DNA of 64,000 bases, from assembly GCF_009914755.1 (NCBI RefSeq), contig NC_060938.1. One strand, 5' to 3'. Shown here piece after piece: positions 15,884 through 32,015 of this stretch. Numbering within the stretch: position 1 is the stretch's first letter; each line of letters begins with the position of its first letter. Source of the DNA: the human T2T-CHM13v2.0 reference genome, Homo sapiens. The position numbers and the translations under genes were made by a program. The notes beneath the pieces are model-generated. The model was given only the letters and a program-made list of their open reading frames with translations, was not told where the DNA came from and made no database searches.

Positions 15884-16349
15884 ACAAAGAGCCTGGTGTA
15901 GTTTTTAATTTTGAGTTTTCTGACAGAAGAAAAGATTGATATTTTGTGTATTGAACAGGAAGACTGCCAGTATTAAAAAAATCCTTCTGGGAATCTGTAG
16001 GTTATTTCTTGGAAATTGCAATACGTAGTTCTAGAATAAAAGTACAAAAAATTAGAATAAGAATTCTTTAACATTTTCTTTAATGATTTGCATAAATGGA
16101 GATAAAACTTGTATTTAGTATGTAATAGAAAAAATTCTGTTATTCGCAGATTGTTACTATTTCCTATAAGGTTTTGTGATACTATACTGTCCTAATACAG
16201 TCTGGTAATACTATTCTATTTTATTTAAAATATTTTTTATTGAAATATTAATGTTTATTACATGCAAATAACTAATTATTTTGTATCTACAGTCGGATAA
16301 TGGATTTTTTATTTTGTATATTTATTCTATTTTGTATATTGTTAAGTGC

Positions 16350-16355
16350 AATAAA
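16350..16355 (+). terminator. Candidate proximal polyadenylation signal
   Basis: AATAAA preceded by UGUA elements (tttgtat) and followed by U-rich sequence. Confidence 0.5.
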
Positions 16356-16755
16356 GTTTTTGCCTTGCTTTATTTTTTAATACATAAAACTTACATTCTC
16401 ATAACGTGATTGATAGGAAGTTCACAATGTATTTTCTACTTCTGCAATTAAATATTCTTTAGTGCTTGTTTATTATTACTAAATACTAATTAAGTACTAA
16501 CAAGTACTTAAATACTAATGTATTAAGTATTTAAGTACTTTCTAATAAAATCTTTAACAATAATAATGTAAATTTCAGAATGTGTCTCTGGTACAGAATA
16601 GTTGATATTAACAGAAAAAAAAAAATCTGTAGCTTCATGAATATGCCACTCTGTTAATTTCTTGTTCCAGACATTTTAATAGAGATTGCTTGAGCCATGT
16701 TGTTTGAATTGCTGCCAATAGCAGACCATATCCCTATCATGTTGTTGGCTCAACT

Positions 16756-16892
16756 GTTTTTTTTTTTTCCCTAATAGAGATGGAGTATCGCTATGTTGCT
16801 CAGGCTGGTCTTGAACTCCTGGGCTCAAGCTATCCTCCTGCCTCAGCCTCCCAAAGTACTGGGATTATAGGTGTGAGCTACTGTACCCAGCC
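16756..16892 (-). mobile_element. FLAM/AluJ monomer in the SNAPC1 3' UTR
   Basis: Monomeric Alu consensus, antisense. Confidence 0.85.
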
Positions 16893-16969
16893 TTAACCTG
16901 TTTCACAGTTGATTATACTTCATGCTGTTTTCCAGCATGGTATTATTAAGGGATTTAAAGTTTGGGTTG

Positions 16970-17232
16970 CATGCCTGTAATCCCAGCATTTTGGGAGGCC
17001 GAGGTGGGCGGATCACGAGGTCAGGAGATCGAGACCATCGTGACTAACACAGTGAAACCCCGTCTCTAATAAAAATACGAAAAATTAGCCAGGCGTGGTG
17101 GCGGGCGCCTGTAATCCCAGCTACTCGGGAAGCTGAGGCAGGAGAATGGTGTGAACCCAGTGAGCCGAGATCGTGCCACTGCACTCCAGCCTGGGCAACA
17201 GAGTGAGACTTCGTCTCAAAAAAAAAAAAAAA
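16970..17232 (+). mobile_element. AluY-like, 5'-truncated, with an internal right-arm deletion, in the SNAPC1 3' UTR
   Basis: TSD aaagtttgggttg on both sides. The gaaccc|agtgagcc junction lacks the ggaggcggagcttgc segment. Confidence 0.9.
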
Positions 17233-17305
17233 GTTTGGGTTGAAGATCAAATTCGTGATATCTCTATATCTAATCTTTAAAAATCAGAATGCTAATGCTG
17301 ACGCA

Positions 17306-17311
17306 AATAAA
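17306..17311 (+). terminator. Probable distal SNAPC1 polyadenylation signal
   Basis: Canonical AATAAA with a plausible cleavage site about 20 nt downstream and a U-rich downstream element. Confidence 0.6.
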
Positions 17312-17896
17312 ATTTTCATTTATTAGCATTCATGCAGTCACAATTGTTTCCTTTGATTCCTTTGACTTCAAATATATTTGGTCATAGAGGGGGCAGTTTT
17401 CATAATGTAGACATTAGGTGGAGCATCTTGGATTTAAACATTCTAGGGTTGGGGTGTAGATCCATTATTGGCCCCACTTGATATACTAGGTTGTTTGCCA
17501 GAACTTGTCTGACTGTTAAAAGTTTATAGACATTGTACAGCTAACACACTGAGTTGCCCTCTCTTTTTTCATAACTGTACTTATAAAATACATGCTATTG
17601 TTTCACTTGTACCTCAAGATGGTTAGTGCCCTGCCCCCATTCACAAAGTTAGTAAGTCATGCTTCTGAGTTATAAACACAGGGCTCAGTCTTATAATTTC
17701 AGTTTTTTTAAATAAGCCAACACGTGGAAATCCAGAAAGATACTTTTTTAACTATAAGCAGTAAAACTCCACTTCAAAATGGCTTAAACGAGAAGGAAAA
17801 TTTATTAAAATCAGGTGAGTTCCAACAAAGGCTGGCTCTGGCTTATATAGTACATCAGTTCCGTGATGGCTTCATATACCTAGGTTTCCGTTTTTT

Positions 17897-18392
<496 letters not shown>

Positions 18393-20424
18393 TAGTGAGT
18401 TTTTCATGAGTATATGTTGAAGATAAGGTATGAATCAGTTGATAGACTTGCTTTAAATATGAAATTGAAGTTCATTGAACAGAGTTCAAATAGAACATAT
18501 CTGTGTTTTACAGTGAGTTTTCAAAATTAAAGTATGAAGTCCAAATACTAGTTATCTATTAAGCTACTTATATTGCCAACTTAATTATAATAGCTGTACC
18601 AAGTGATAAAGGCATGATTTCAGTATTAAATATTTGCTGAATTAATATTTTGTGGGAGAAGAAGGGTCGTGGCAGTGTATATAAACATACACTGTGTTTT
18701 AAAATCATACCACTCCCAGAAATCCCCGTATATGAAAGTGTTGTTCAAAGTAGATAATTAGAATTAGAGTAGTATTAATGTTATATACCAGGTTTATTTG
18801 GGGTATCTTAAAACCCATGAATAAAAAGTGGAGTCATAAGGAAAATGCAGCTTGTATGGATGCTTAATTAGGGGAATATTTTTCACTTTGGAAGTAAAGT
18901 ATCCTAATTTCTTCAGAAGAAAACTACCCTGGGAATATGCAGTTCTCTATGAGAAATCATAGTGTCATCTTTGTTTTTTTTTTGTAGTACTATTATGAGT
19001 TTATGTTGTAAGCACATCCAAGATCCCATCTGGGTTTATAACCCCTTTGTCTTAATAACTCAAAGTTTTCCTAACTGTGAGTGGATATATTCAATGAGGA
19101 GAAACATTCCCAGTCTCTTTAATACCCAATTAAAGTGATTGTTCCCTGAGACAGACACAGTTGTACCATTTGCAAGCAAAAGGAAAGACAATGAACAAAC
19201 TTTTGAGCAAAGGCTTTGTCTTACATAGGGATTTTTCAGAACAGCGATTTATTAGGGAACTACGTTAAAAACTTTAAAGTGCTACAAAACTATTTTACTG
19301 ACTTGTTCAAAAATATTAAGAACTGCAGAGTGCTTTGGAAATGGAAATGCAAAGATATAAACGCTAAACTTCAAAATAATTACAGCTAAAAAGTAAGCTT
19401 TTAAAAAGTACTTGGATGCCAAGGAAACCAAAGTAATTGTGTGGTGACTTTTGAAGCGGCTTTTTAAAGTTATAATAATTGAAAGCTTATGTGTTTACAC
19501 AGATCTTCAGATTGATATGAGACCAAGCTCTCATGGCTTGACAACTGAAGGAGACCCAGGTTTCTTTTTTTTAACTTGAATTGGCTACAATACATATTTT
19601 ATTTCCAATAACCTATTTTGGTTATGACAAAAGATTTACACATGTATATAGAGATAAAATATCTTTAATTGCGGTATCTTTAAAAATGAGCTTTATGGGC
19701 TGGAAATTACTTTCATTTTGATGTAAAGAGCCCAGGAAAATAAGCATAATTACTAATGCCTTCCTAACTTACCCTTGATTCTTGAATTCTAGTTTAAAGA
19801 ATGCTTGCTTTTTAAATGCCATTGAGCAAACTCTGTGGGTGCTTAAGTATTCACATTTTCATTTTGAACACGTTTTCATTTCATCTTTTGAACAACTATA
19901 GAGTAATTTTCATTGCACATTTTTCTTATTCCCTTTATGAAAGTAAATGTCAAAGCCTCGACTTCGGGTTGTATAATTTTTTTTATGTGGTATTTTTTAT
20001 GCCTGACTTATTTATTTTAATGTGCTGTATATTGCAGGTCTGAATTTTTCTTTTTATGATGAATTCGGGCTGCGTCCTTTAAGTTACAAGGAACAAAGTC
20101 ACATTGACATTATCTTAAATGCTGGAGGCTTATTTTAATACTTGATCAGAGGCACAACTTCTTGGAGAGCTGGAAAAAAATGTAGTGAACACCAGCAGCT
20201 TAGACGGCTGGGCTGAGTCCTTGCTTTTGAAGTGGATGTCTATTGCCCTGTAGTTACAATGTGCATCCTCTTATTCATGTGCTCTCCAGCTTCCCTGCCC
20301 ACTTTCCCCTTTGCTACTTCTCTTGTTCTCTATAGTCCCTGAAAGAGGATCAGATTGATTCTATTAGTTATAATCCAAAATAGAGCTCCCTGATAGGGTG
20401 CAGATTATTCTGGCTACTGGCCTC

Positions 20425-21070
<646 letters not shown>

Positions 21071-21338
21071 TGATGCCCCTTAACTAGGACATAGATCCCT
21101 GATACAATCAATTGTGGACAGTATAGAAGGGTCGTATACCTCAGGACAGGGCAAATTATGGGGAAGGACCCAACTCTGTCAGCTTTCTGCAGAAGGGGTT
21201 GTGAGTAGGGCAAGCCTGTAACATTTCATGGATTTGTCATTCTATTCATGGATTTGATGGAAATGATAATGATGGCAAACACAGTCGTAAATATTTTAAC
21301 TTCATAATGTAAACAAGTAATGGCAAAAATGTTCACTT

Positions 21339-21648
21339 GGCTGGACATGGTGGCTAATGCCTGTAATCCCAGCACTTTGGGAGTCTGAGGCAGGTGGATC
21401 ACCTGAGGTCCGGAGTTCAAGACCAGCCTGGCCAACATGGTGAAACCCTATCTGTACTAAAAACACAAAAATTAGCCGTGTGTGATGGCACGTGCATGTA
21501 GTCCCAGCTACTTGGGAGGCTGAAGTGGGAGAATCACTTGAACCAGGAGGTGGAGGCTGCAGTGAGCCAAGATTGCACCACTGCACTCCAGCCTGGGGGA
21601 CAGAGTGAGACTTTATCTCAAAAAAAAAAAGAGAAAAGAAAAAAAAAA
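21339..21648 (+). mobile_element. Alu (AluSx-like)
   Basis: Full Alu with an imperfect TSD (gttca[c/g]ttg). Confidence 0.9.
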
Positions 21649-21759
21649 GTTCAGTTGATGCAGCATTGCACAGTGGAAGAGTATCAGACAGCGTGGATTT
21701 GCTCTGAGATTACAGTCTGCATATGAGACGTAATAAAATCTACCTGTAAGTTAGGGATG

Positions 21760-23470
21760 GATATATCCCATTTTATCCTCTTCCATCCTTTGAGATATTG
21801 TCATCATATTTTACTGCTATGATATAAACCCCATCATACAGTTATATTCTTACTTTAAATAAAGGAAAAAATAGGAGAAAAAGCTGTTACATTTACCCAC
21901 ATGGGAACCTTATCCACTGCTCTTCATTCCTTCATGCAAATCTATGCTTTCACCTGGGACAATTTTCCCTCAGCCTGGAGACATTCTTTTAATTTATTGA
22001 AGCTTAGTTCTGTTGGAGATCAATTCTATCAGATTTTGTTTTTCTGAGTCTTTATTTAACCATTTTTGAAGGATATTTTTCCTGGATTTAGAATTCTAGG
22101 TAGACACCTCTTTTCTTTCATCACGTTAAGGATTGTTGCATGTCTTCAGCCTTCATTGTTTCTGATGAGAAGTTTTCATTCTTACCCATTTTTTGGTATA
22201 TAACACGCCCTTTTTCTCTGGCCACTTTTAAGTTTTTTTTTTTTTTTTTTTTTACTTTATTTTCAGCCATTTGCATGATGTGCCTAGTGCAGTTAATTTT
22301 TCCAGTATATTGTATATGTTTTTCTGTACTGGTCTCACTTGCTTCTCTTTCTAGGACTCCAATTACATGTCTGTTAACTGCTTAATACTGTCCCAAATGT
22401 TATTGTGGCTTCCTCCCACACCCCCAGTAATTTTTCTCTCCGTGCTTCAGATTGAATGATTTGACTTGTCTTCAAGTTCATGAATTATTTCTTCTTTTGT
22501 ATTCAATCTGCTGTTAATCCCATTCAATAACTTTAATTTTAGATGTAGTATTTTTCAGTTCTAACATTTCTCCTTGGTTCTTCTTCATGGTTTTCATATC
22601 TGCACTGAAATGTCCCATTTCTTCACCAATTATAACATTTTTTGCTGTAGGTTTATACTATTTTATAGATACTATAAATTTATACTGTAGGTGCTATAAG
22701 TTTAGCAAATTTAGCTACCTTGAAGTGTTTGCTAGTTTCAACATTGGGGGCATCAGTATGTCTGTTTCCCCCAAAGAGTATATCTGTTTTTATTGACCGA
22801 TTTATTTTTTTATTGACTGTGGTTTACATTTTCATGTTTCTTTCCCTGTCTACTAATATTTTATTGTATGATAATACATGTTAGGGACTCTGAATTCTAT
22901 CACCTTCCTCTAAAGAGTGTTGAGTTTTGTTCTATAAGGCAGTTAAGTTATGACAGAGCATCTTATACTTAAAGGGGCTTGATTGTAGGCTTTGTCAGGG
23001 TGGATCTATTCAGCTTGATCCTTAGTTTTAGGGCAAATCCCTTAGTCCTGGAAGTGGTCCCTAAATCTAAGGTGTGGGCTTTTTGAAGTTTAATGGAAAC
23101 CGTGAAGTGTTTGCCACATCACTCTATTCTTGCAAGACTTGAACTTTGAACTCAGGAGACCTTTGGGTGGTCAGCTGCTGAAATACCCACTCGGGACTTT
23201 CAGATTTCTAGCTCTTTGCCCTAGAATCATGGGGGTTTTTGCCTTGCTTGCAGCCAAAGATCTGAGGGGATTTTATACACAGATTTTGGAGTTTCTATGA
23301 TTGCTCCTTTTAGGGATTTCCCATCTTGACTTCTAACCACTCTGACAGCCCAAACTCCATTCTCTGACTCCTCAGATAGGTAAGACTATGACATTCTGCC
23401 TGAGTCCTACCTGCCCAGTGCCATGGACAGGGGAGTGCACTCAGGTAAAGTTGTATAAACATGCATATCT
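21760..23470 (-). mobile_element. Old L1 (L1MC/ME-type) antisense 5'/ORF1 fragments
   Basis: Motifs such as tttgaaggatatttt...gaattctagg and cattgtttctgatgagaagt. Confidence 0.65.
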
Positions 23471-24036
23471 CCTTTACAGCATTGAATCCCTTACAGTTGC
23501 TATCACGGAAAGTAATCATTAGGTGACATCCCCCTATTTACCCTGAAGTTACTGAACCATCTTCCCTGGATTTGTGCAGGGTGTCTCCTAATTTACGAAG
23601 ATTCCAATTAGATTGGGAGTATGACTTAACTCATTTAAGTCACCCAAATGCTATTTGATCATAATTTAGTGTCTTGTTAACCTAATGGCTTGAAATAAAT
23701 TGACGCACTTCTGAAAATAGGGTAAAAATCCCTGATTTTTCAAGGAGGCTAATCTTCCGTAAATGCTAAGCACTATAGAATCAATTATGTTATTAATTTG
23801 CTCTTGGTTGCAAGCTACAAAGCTTGATCAGGCTAATTACAGATTATGCTCTGAGGAAAATATTTTTATATGCACTATTTTTTTCTTGCAGGCACTTTAA
23901 TATGAGGTTTTAAAAAACCTTACTTAAGACAAATAAAAAAGAAAACCTTCATGTAATTACTTTACCTGCAGGCTAATTTTTAAATACTTCAACACCGTAA
24001 CAATTAAATGGGCTATGTTAGCTTCAGTTGACAACA

Positions 24037-24170
24037 TTTATTTATTTATTTATTTGCAATGAGACCTCATAATATCCACCAGGCTGGTCTCGAACTCCTG
24101 GGCTCAAGAGATCCTCTTGTCTTAGCCTCCCAAATAGCTGGGCCTACAGGTGCCAGCCATTCTGCCTAGC
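24037..24170 (-). mobile_element. FLAM/AluJ monomer
   Basis: (ATTT)n tail plus monomer consensus. Confidence 0.8.
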
Positions 24171-25829
24171 TAGTTGATCACTTTTAGGGAAGGCAACACC
24201 CACAAGATTTGTTGGACCTGAACTTCTTATGGTGTGTCTGATTTTAAATGAAATGAATTTTGCTAAAGTCTCACAAATGGTTAACTCTTCTGCCTTTATT
24301 ACATGTTTTAAATAGTTGATTTATCTCTTAGTTTCTTGCAGCATAATTGGTATATTGCTTCTCTTGCTAACATGTCATTTTACTGTAGGTGGTTAACTGA
24401 ATGTATTCTCTCTGTAAATTTCAACAAGTTGCTCATAAAATTTTCCCAGCAGAAACTTTTTGTTTCGTATTTAAAAACTGAATACACTGTCCTTTATTTA
24501 GAGAGTGTATGTTTGGAAAATCATCCTGTTTATTTGTAAATAAAGATGAACCAGCCAGTCACAAGATATAGTTTGTCTTGTTACCACTTAAAAAAATCCC
24601 TTATATTTACAAATATAATTCATTCACAAAACTACCCTTGATAGAATTAGGACTAAATTGCTTTATAATGTTTCTGGATCTCCATAATTGAGACTGAATT
24701 TCCTCAGAAAAGAAAATGAAGAATATAGAGTGACTCCTCAGGGTTGTCAAGTCAGAATCACCTTGTTCTTTGGTGGATTTAAATATGTTTTCTGATATAA
24801 AGTTTTAACAAAATGAGGAGACTATCTCTAGCAATTTGTACAGGCTAGATGACTACAGGAAATGAAACCAGGCAGGTGTAGCCTACTAGGAAGGCCTCGT
24901 TTGGCCTGAAACTTGTGGTGCCAAGAGGAGATAAGTCCTGGCCTGGTCAATAGCTCCATCCATTTAGTTTTTAATTTTTACTTTTTTTGTTCTGTATCTG
25001 AGAGTTTATTTATATCTGTCTAGATACGTTTTATATTTTCTTGTTCTTTGATTAGCTTTTCAGTTTCATATTTTATTTCTTCAAATATTTCAAGCATAAT
25101 TAATTTACATCCTGTATATTAATTTCAGTATCTGCAATTCAACCAGTCAGTCTATTATTTGTTGTTTTGCTGATTCTCACTCTTGGTGATTTGTATCCTT
25201 GTTGTATTTGGTGGTGATCTTTATTTGGAGCTCAAATTTTCTTATACTGAATCCTGTGGATTTAATTTGGGATGCTCTCCTTTAGAGAGGATTTATGTTT
25301 GATTCTGCTATGAGCCAAGAATACTATTGTTCTGATACCTCTAAAGTCCTTTGAGTCCTTGGAATCTTAGGTTACACTCCAAGTTTGATCTTTTGATTTC
25401 AGGAATTATTAGATGAACTCTGCTTCATTGGTTTCTACTCCACTTGCTTAATATCCTACTGCCTCTTGCTCTGGTTTCAGCTAATTGTTTTGTTTTTCTC
25501 CTTGGAGATTCTGCTACTTTCTGGTGAGCACAGGAATGCATTAACCTTTTTCTTTAGTAGTATATTCAGGAGGGATGAGAAGGCCCTTTGAAAATATCTG
25601 TCTGTCATCCTGCCAGAAGTGGAAAGTCCTAGTGGGTATTAATTTATCAGAAGAAGAAACAAAGGCACAAAGATGGCATGTAGTATGCTTAAGATCACAG
25701 AGCTGGTGAGTAGTGAGGCTGTTATTGGAAGCCATGTGGTCTGGCTCCAGAGCCTACGATTTTAACCACCACACACGAGTCTGAACCTCAGTGGATATTG
25801 TATAAGTATTGCAAAGAATACATTCATGT

Positions 25830-26060
25830 AGAGCCCTCATGAATGTGATTAGTGCCCTTATAAAAGAGGCCCCAGAGAGACCCCTTACCCCTTCCACCGT
25901 GTGAGGTGACAGGGAGGAATGGACCCTTGCTGGGCACTGAATCTGCCAGCTACTTGATCTTGGACTTCCCAGCCTCCAGAACTGTGAGAAATAAATTTAT
26001 GTTGCTTACCAGCACCCAGTTTACTGCGTTTTATTATAGCAGCCCAAAGAGACTAAGACA
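25830..26060 (+). mobile_element. MLT1A-type MaLR LTR fragment
   Basis: gccctcatgaatg.gattagtgcccttataaaagagg...cttcccagcctccagaactgtgagaaataaa...actaagaca. Confidence 0.8.
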
Positions 26061-26701
26061 GTTAGTAAATGAGGACTTAATTATAGAGAACTGTGACCAG
26101 TTCACTATCTTCATGGAGGATAAAAAGAAGGATAAGAAGACTTTCAAAATAGATATCTTTAATTAGATATGAGTAAGATATTTTAAAAGTTTGTTAACAC
26201 TAAATTTGTTTCCTAGTGGCTACTTGTCAGCATTTAGTGGCTCTTCATTGTAGATAGAGAAAACTGAAGCAGAAACTCCTAGGTGTGAAATTCCAGGTCT
26301 CCAGGCAGTTTTATTATTCTGTAACCAGCTGCTGCTACCTGAGCTAGGTAAGTATTAGATGTATTAGGATGTATTAGAAACACCCGGCTAGCTCATGTGC
26401 GGATTACAGTGTCCCATTGCTGGCTTCAGATCCAGTAAGTGTTGGTTAGGGGCTAAAAATCTGCATTTTTAACAATTTTCCAGGTGATTCTGGGCTGGGT
26501 AATCTGAGGCTTATACTTGGTGAAAGCTGGCCTAGGCTTGTCTTTGGCAAAAATGGAGATTTATGATAATGCATTCCTGGGTCCCTGTTCTCTCTCTCGT
26601 CCAAGCATACTTAACCCCAGGGTGAGTGTGTCTTGCTTGAGACTGTTAGTGTTATTTCCATAACTGTGTACTTTTTGGGCTATTTTTTGAATGACTGCTA
26701 A

Positions 26702-27009
<308 letters not shown>

Positions 27010-28043
27010 TAAAAAGTACTTTTTAAAAATAGGCTTTATTTAGTGACAATAAAAATATCAATAGAGTATTCACACATATGGCTTTGAACAGTACAGCCAT
27101 CCGTTTGACCTACTTGTCTGCCTAGTCTACGGACTCTTATTTTTCCCTGAAACTGGTTATTCCCACACTTAATTCTACTTGTAAATTTCTACCTCATAGA
27201 TTCCTTAACTACTCGCCTTGCCTGTACGTGTTCAGACAGCATAGGGACAACTTGGAGTGGGAGACAGGCAACCATAAGCCAGTGGTTTTCTGGGTTTAGG
27301 TCACTGAATTTCTCCAGTCATTGTTGGAAATTTAACCATCAAACCTAGGCCCTGCCTTCCACCTTCCAGACCAGAATTCTACCTGAGTGGCCCTGTCTTA
27401 CTTCTGTTCATTCTCCATATGACTTGCAAGGATTAAATCAGAACGTAATCCTATTTATTATCTAATGGCTATTTTTAAGATCCTATAATTTTTATTACCA
27501 TATTCTATGTCATATTTGAATGTTCTGAAGTTCTTGAGTTCAGAGGCTTAGGAAATATACAGAGATACTATTGCAAAGAGATATAGACACCTAATGAAAC
27601 TCAAAGATAAGTTCTATAAAAACAATTAAAAAATGCCTCTCCTTTGGTGTCAGATAAAATGCTCAGTAGCTTGCAGGCCACACGCACAGCTAAAATAATT
27701 TTTCCATTTCCACCTACGGCAACAAAGAAAAAGCAATAGCTATTTCAACCAGAAATAGTCTCCACGGTGACACAGACCCACTCAGCATGTGGCTGCAGCC
27801 CTTCACCCTGCCTTGCTCTCATTTCTTGTTTATAGCCGGAGTGTTGATATAGTCAGCAGGATGCGGTCATCAGCCAAGGGTCAGAGGGCCTATACAGTAA
27901 CTTCTGTGCAGTTGTATAAAAGGTCTTTGTCCTACCTTATTCTGGAAATTAACTTAAGCAATGTGAATGGTGACATCTGAATTACAATTATGGCAAATAA
28001 GTCAGAAGAGCCCTGCAAGAATCATAAATTATCTTTGCTGAAG

Positions 28044-28365
28044 TTTTTTTTTTTTTGTTTGTTTGTTTTGGTTTTTTTTTTTGAGAGGGAGTCTTGCTCT
28101 GTCACCAGGCTGGAGTGCAGTGGCATGATCTCAGCTCACTGCAATCTCTGACTCCCTGGTTCGAACAATTCTCCTGCCTGCCTCAGCTTCCCGAGTAGCT
28201 GCGATTACAGGCACGTGCCACCACGCCCAGCTAATTTTTGTATTTTTAGTACAGACAAGGTTTCACCATGTTGGCAAGGCTGGTCTTGAACTCCTGACCT
28301 CGTGATCCGCCTGCCTCGGCCTCCCAAAGTGCTGGGATTATAGGCTTGAGCCACCGTGCCTGGCC
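28044..28365 (-). mobile_element. Alu (AluSc-like)
   Basis: Full Alu. Confidence 0.92.
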
Positions 28366-28989
28366 AGCTAAAACATTTTTTTTAATGCAATTGTTCAGTC
28401 TTGCCCTTTCTCTGTCCCAATCTCTATTATGTATATACAGTCCCAAGAGCTAACATTCACCCAGACCACCTGAGCCTGTCCTCCTACCCTTCATCTTCAA
28501 GGTTTCCAGGCCCTGGGCATTCTCCTCAGCATTCTCCCTCTTCACTCCTGCTGTGGCTTCACTCATTTCTTCCAACCCCCTGAGCCCTATGGCTGGCTAT
28601 TTTGGGGACACAGTAACCCAGAATTCAATTTCCATTTGCTTCCACTACCTGCTTCCAAATGGCTGCCTTGCCTTCTGCACTTCTGAGGTCTAATTCCAGG
28701 AGGGCCCCCACTGCTGGCCGGAAGTCCTTCTCTTCTATTCATCCCTTTCATTTCCTCTTCCTAATAGAGACATCTTAAAACCTCTTCCATGCTCCTAAAT
28801 CCTCAAATCCACCTCTTCCACTTCCTTCTTGGCAACTAAGCTCAGGTCCTATATTATAGAGAAACTTGAGACCACATCGCATGCCTGAGCTCCCTCAACC
28901 TCCCTCTTCATAAAATCCTTTTGCATCATAACATTCTCTTTCTCTACTTATGTTTCTGAGACTGAAAATGGTTCGTTTATCAAAGATGA

Positions 28990-29412
<423 letters not shown>

Positions 29413-29655
29413 TAGCTTGCTATGGAGTTATGCATTTTTCATTCCTGTTACATAATTTCACGTATCATATGGGTCTCCCCATCTCTAACTAAACTTTACT
29501 ATCTCCGGCCTTAGGTGTGGAGGCAACCAAAAGATCCAAAATCTTGGCTTTTGAATTTCAAAGGCGAAGGTCCAAATGTAAGACACAGAGATTTGCAAGA
29601 AAGCAGGATGTTTCAAGAGTGAGTTTTCCAGCCTGTTAGGAGATAGGTTTCCTTA

Positions 29656-30336
<681 letters not shown>

Positions 30337-32015
30337 TTATGGGCGTTGTGGAGATGCTAAATCAACCACGGGACCACCCACCTTTGGATCCCTTGATATA
30401 TAACAAGGTGTGTTATTGTTTAAGCCACCTTATGCAGTTACATGGGGCTGAAAACATCCTATACCCCTTCTTAGAAAAGCATCCCATTGTCATGCATTGG
30501 CTGGGAGGTGGTAGAACTTCCAGATAGGCTGGGGAAATTGAGCCATAAGGGGACCTTTGTCTCATGTCACATTAAATGTCTTGCTTGGTGGTCCATCATG
30601 CAGAGCTCCCCTCCACCACATAGTAAGGGAATGGTAAGAAAGAAATGGTTGTTTGGCTTGTTAGAAAAGGCCTGAGACTCCACAGATCTCACTGTTTTCT
30701 TAGAATGGAATGGGTGAGTAGCCAAACTTGTCCTCTCCAGAGCAACAGGAAAGTCAAGGAGAAAAAGTCAGACCTGAAGGGGCTTTGGTGTGGAGGAGAA
30801 GACAGAGTGGTGGCTGCCACCCACACTCATGGCTGTGGAGGTCTGACGAGCTCTGAGGTCCAGACAGAAGAGGTACCTCCCAAAAGGGACAGATGGGGCC
30901 TGATACCTCTTACCATCCCTGATGCTACCCAACCTGTCCTTCCAAACATGGATGCAACCCCAAGAAAAAATGGGGAAGGAAAACTCTGAATTGCCTGAGA
31001 AAAGCCTGAATCGATGTTTACCTTGAACTGAGTAAAATCAAACTCCCTAACAATGGGTCTAATAGGGGCTTGGGCCAGAAAGTTAATTTGGTTATAGAAA
31101 AGTGAAAATTTATTCTTTTATATATTAAATACTTGAATATGTGTACAGAAATCTATCTTAAAGCAAAACAAAACAAAAAACCCATCTTATCTTGATCCTG
31201 CTCTCTTCCAAAGCTCTCCATCCTCTTTCATTCCTTCACCATTAAACTTTTTAAGAGAATTATCTATGCTTGGGGCCTCCGCCTCTATGAAATCTACTTG
31301 TTCATTAACCCCTTCTCATCTGACATCTGGTGCTATGCAAACCTGCTATCCAACAGGTCCATTATTCAGAAATCATTTATTGAACATATCCTTTGAATTG
31401 TCATTTTTTTTCCTTTTTCTCATTTGGAAAAGCCAGTTTGATTAATGCATAAGGAGCCTCACACATGTTCCACTGACCCTTCAATTGAATCCAAGCCCAA
31501 CCCACCCTTTTTGCCCTCACACCAGCTTAACCTCCTGGTTTGTGAGCTCCAAACAGGTTAAAGACTCCAGGGTCATGTTTAATTCTTTTTTCCTTTTCCC
31601 CATCCAACCCACTTCCAGAGTGTTGGCTTTTGGGTCTACTGCAGATGGTTGTTGTGAAAGACAAATGAACCAGGTCTCTGTGGTTCTTAACTAGAAGTCT
31701 GCTTCAGAATCACCTGTGTTAAAACAAATAAAGGCTAAACACAATTTAAAAAAAGGACACCCCTAAGTGCTACTCTAGGTGGACTGAATCAGAATGTGGA
31801 GCCTGATCAGAATATTCTCTCCCTCATCGTGCTCTGTGAACTGACCAGAGAGGACTCCTGTATTGTTCTCTGGCAGTTTTCTGTCTGCCTAGCCACGTGG
31901 GAGCTAGTGGATAGGCAGACGGGAGCCTTGCTCCTGAGTCTTCTCAGCATCCAGCCCGGGGCTGATTGGGTTGAATGTGCATCTCCAAATGCATCAAATG
32001 GATTGTATCTTTGTA

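Larger units (their letters stand above)
15884..17331 (+). other. SNAPC1: SNAPC1 3' UTR (AT-rich, several alternative poly(A) signals; distal end approximate)
   Basis: AATAAA at 16035, 16350, 16544 and 17306. The distal hexamer is followed by a CA and a U/GU-rich downstream tract (ttgtttcctttgattcctttg). Confidence 0.7.

Noticed and set aside
27560-28040. Repeat-free intergenic stretch that might be an enhancer
   Set aside because: Nothing in the sequence alone supports a function. Conservation or chromatin data would be needed.
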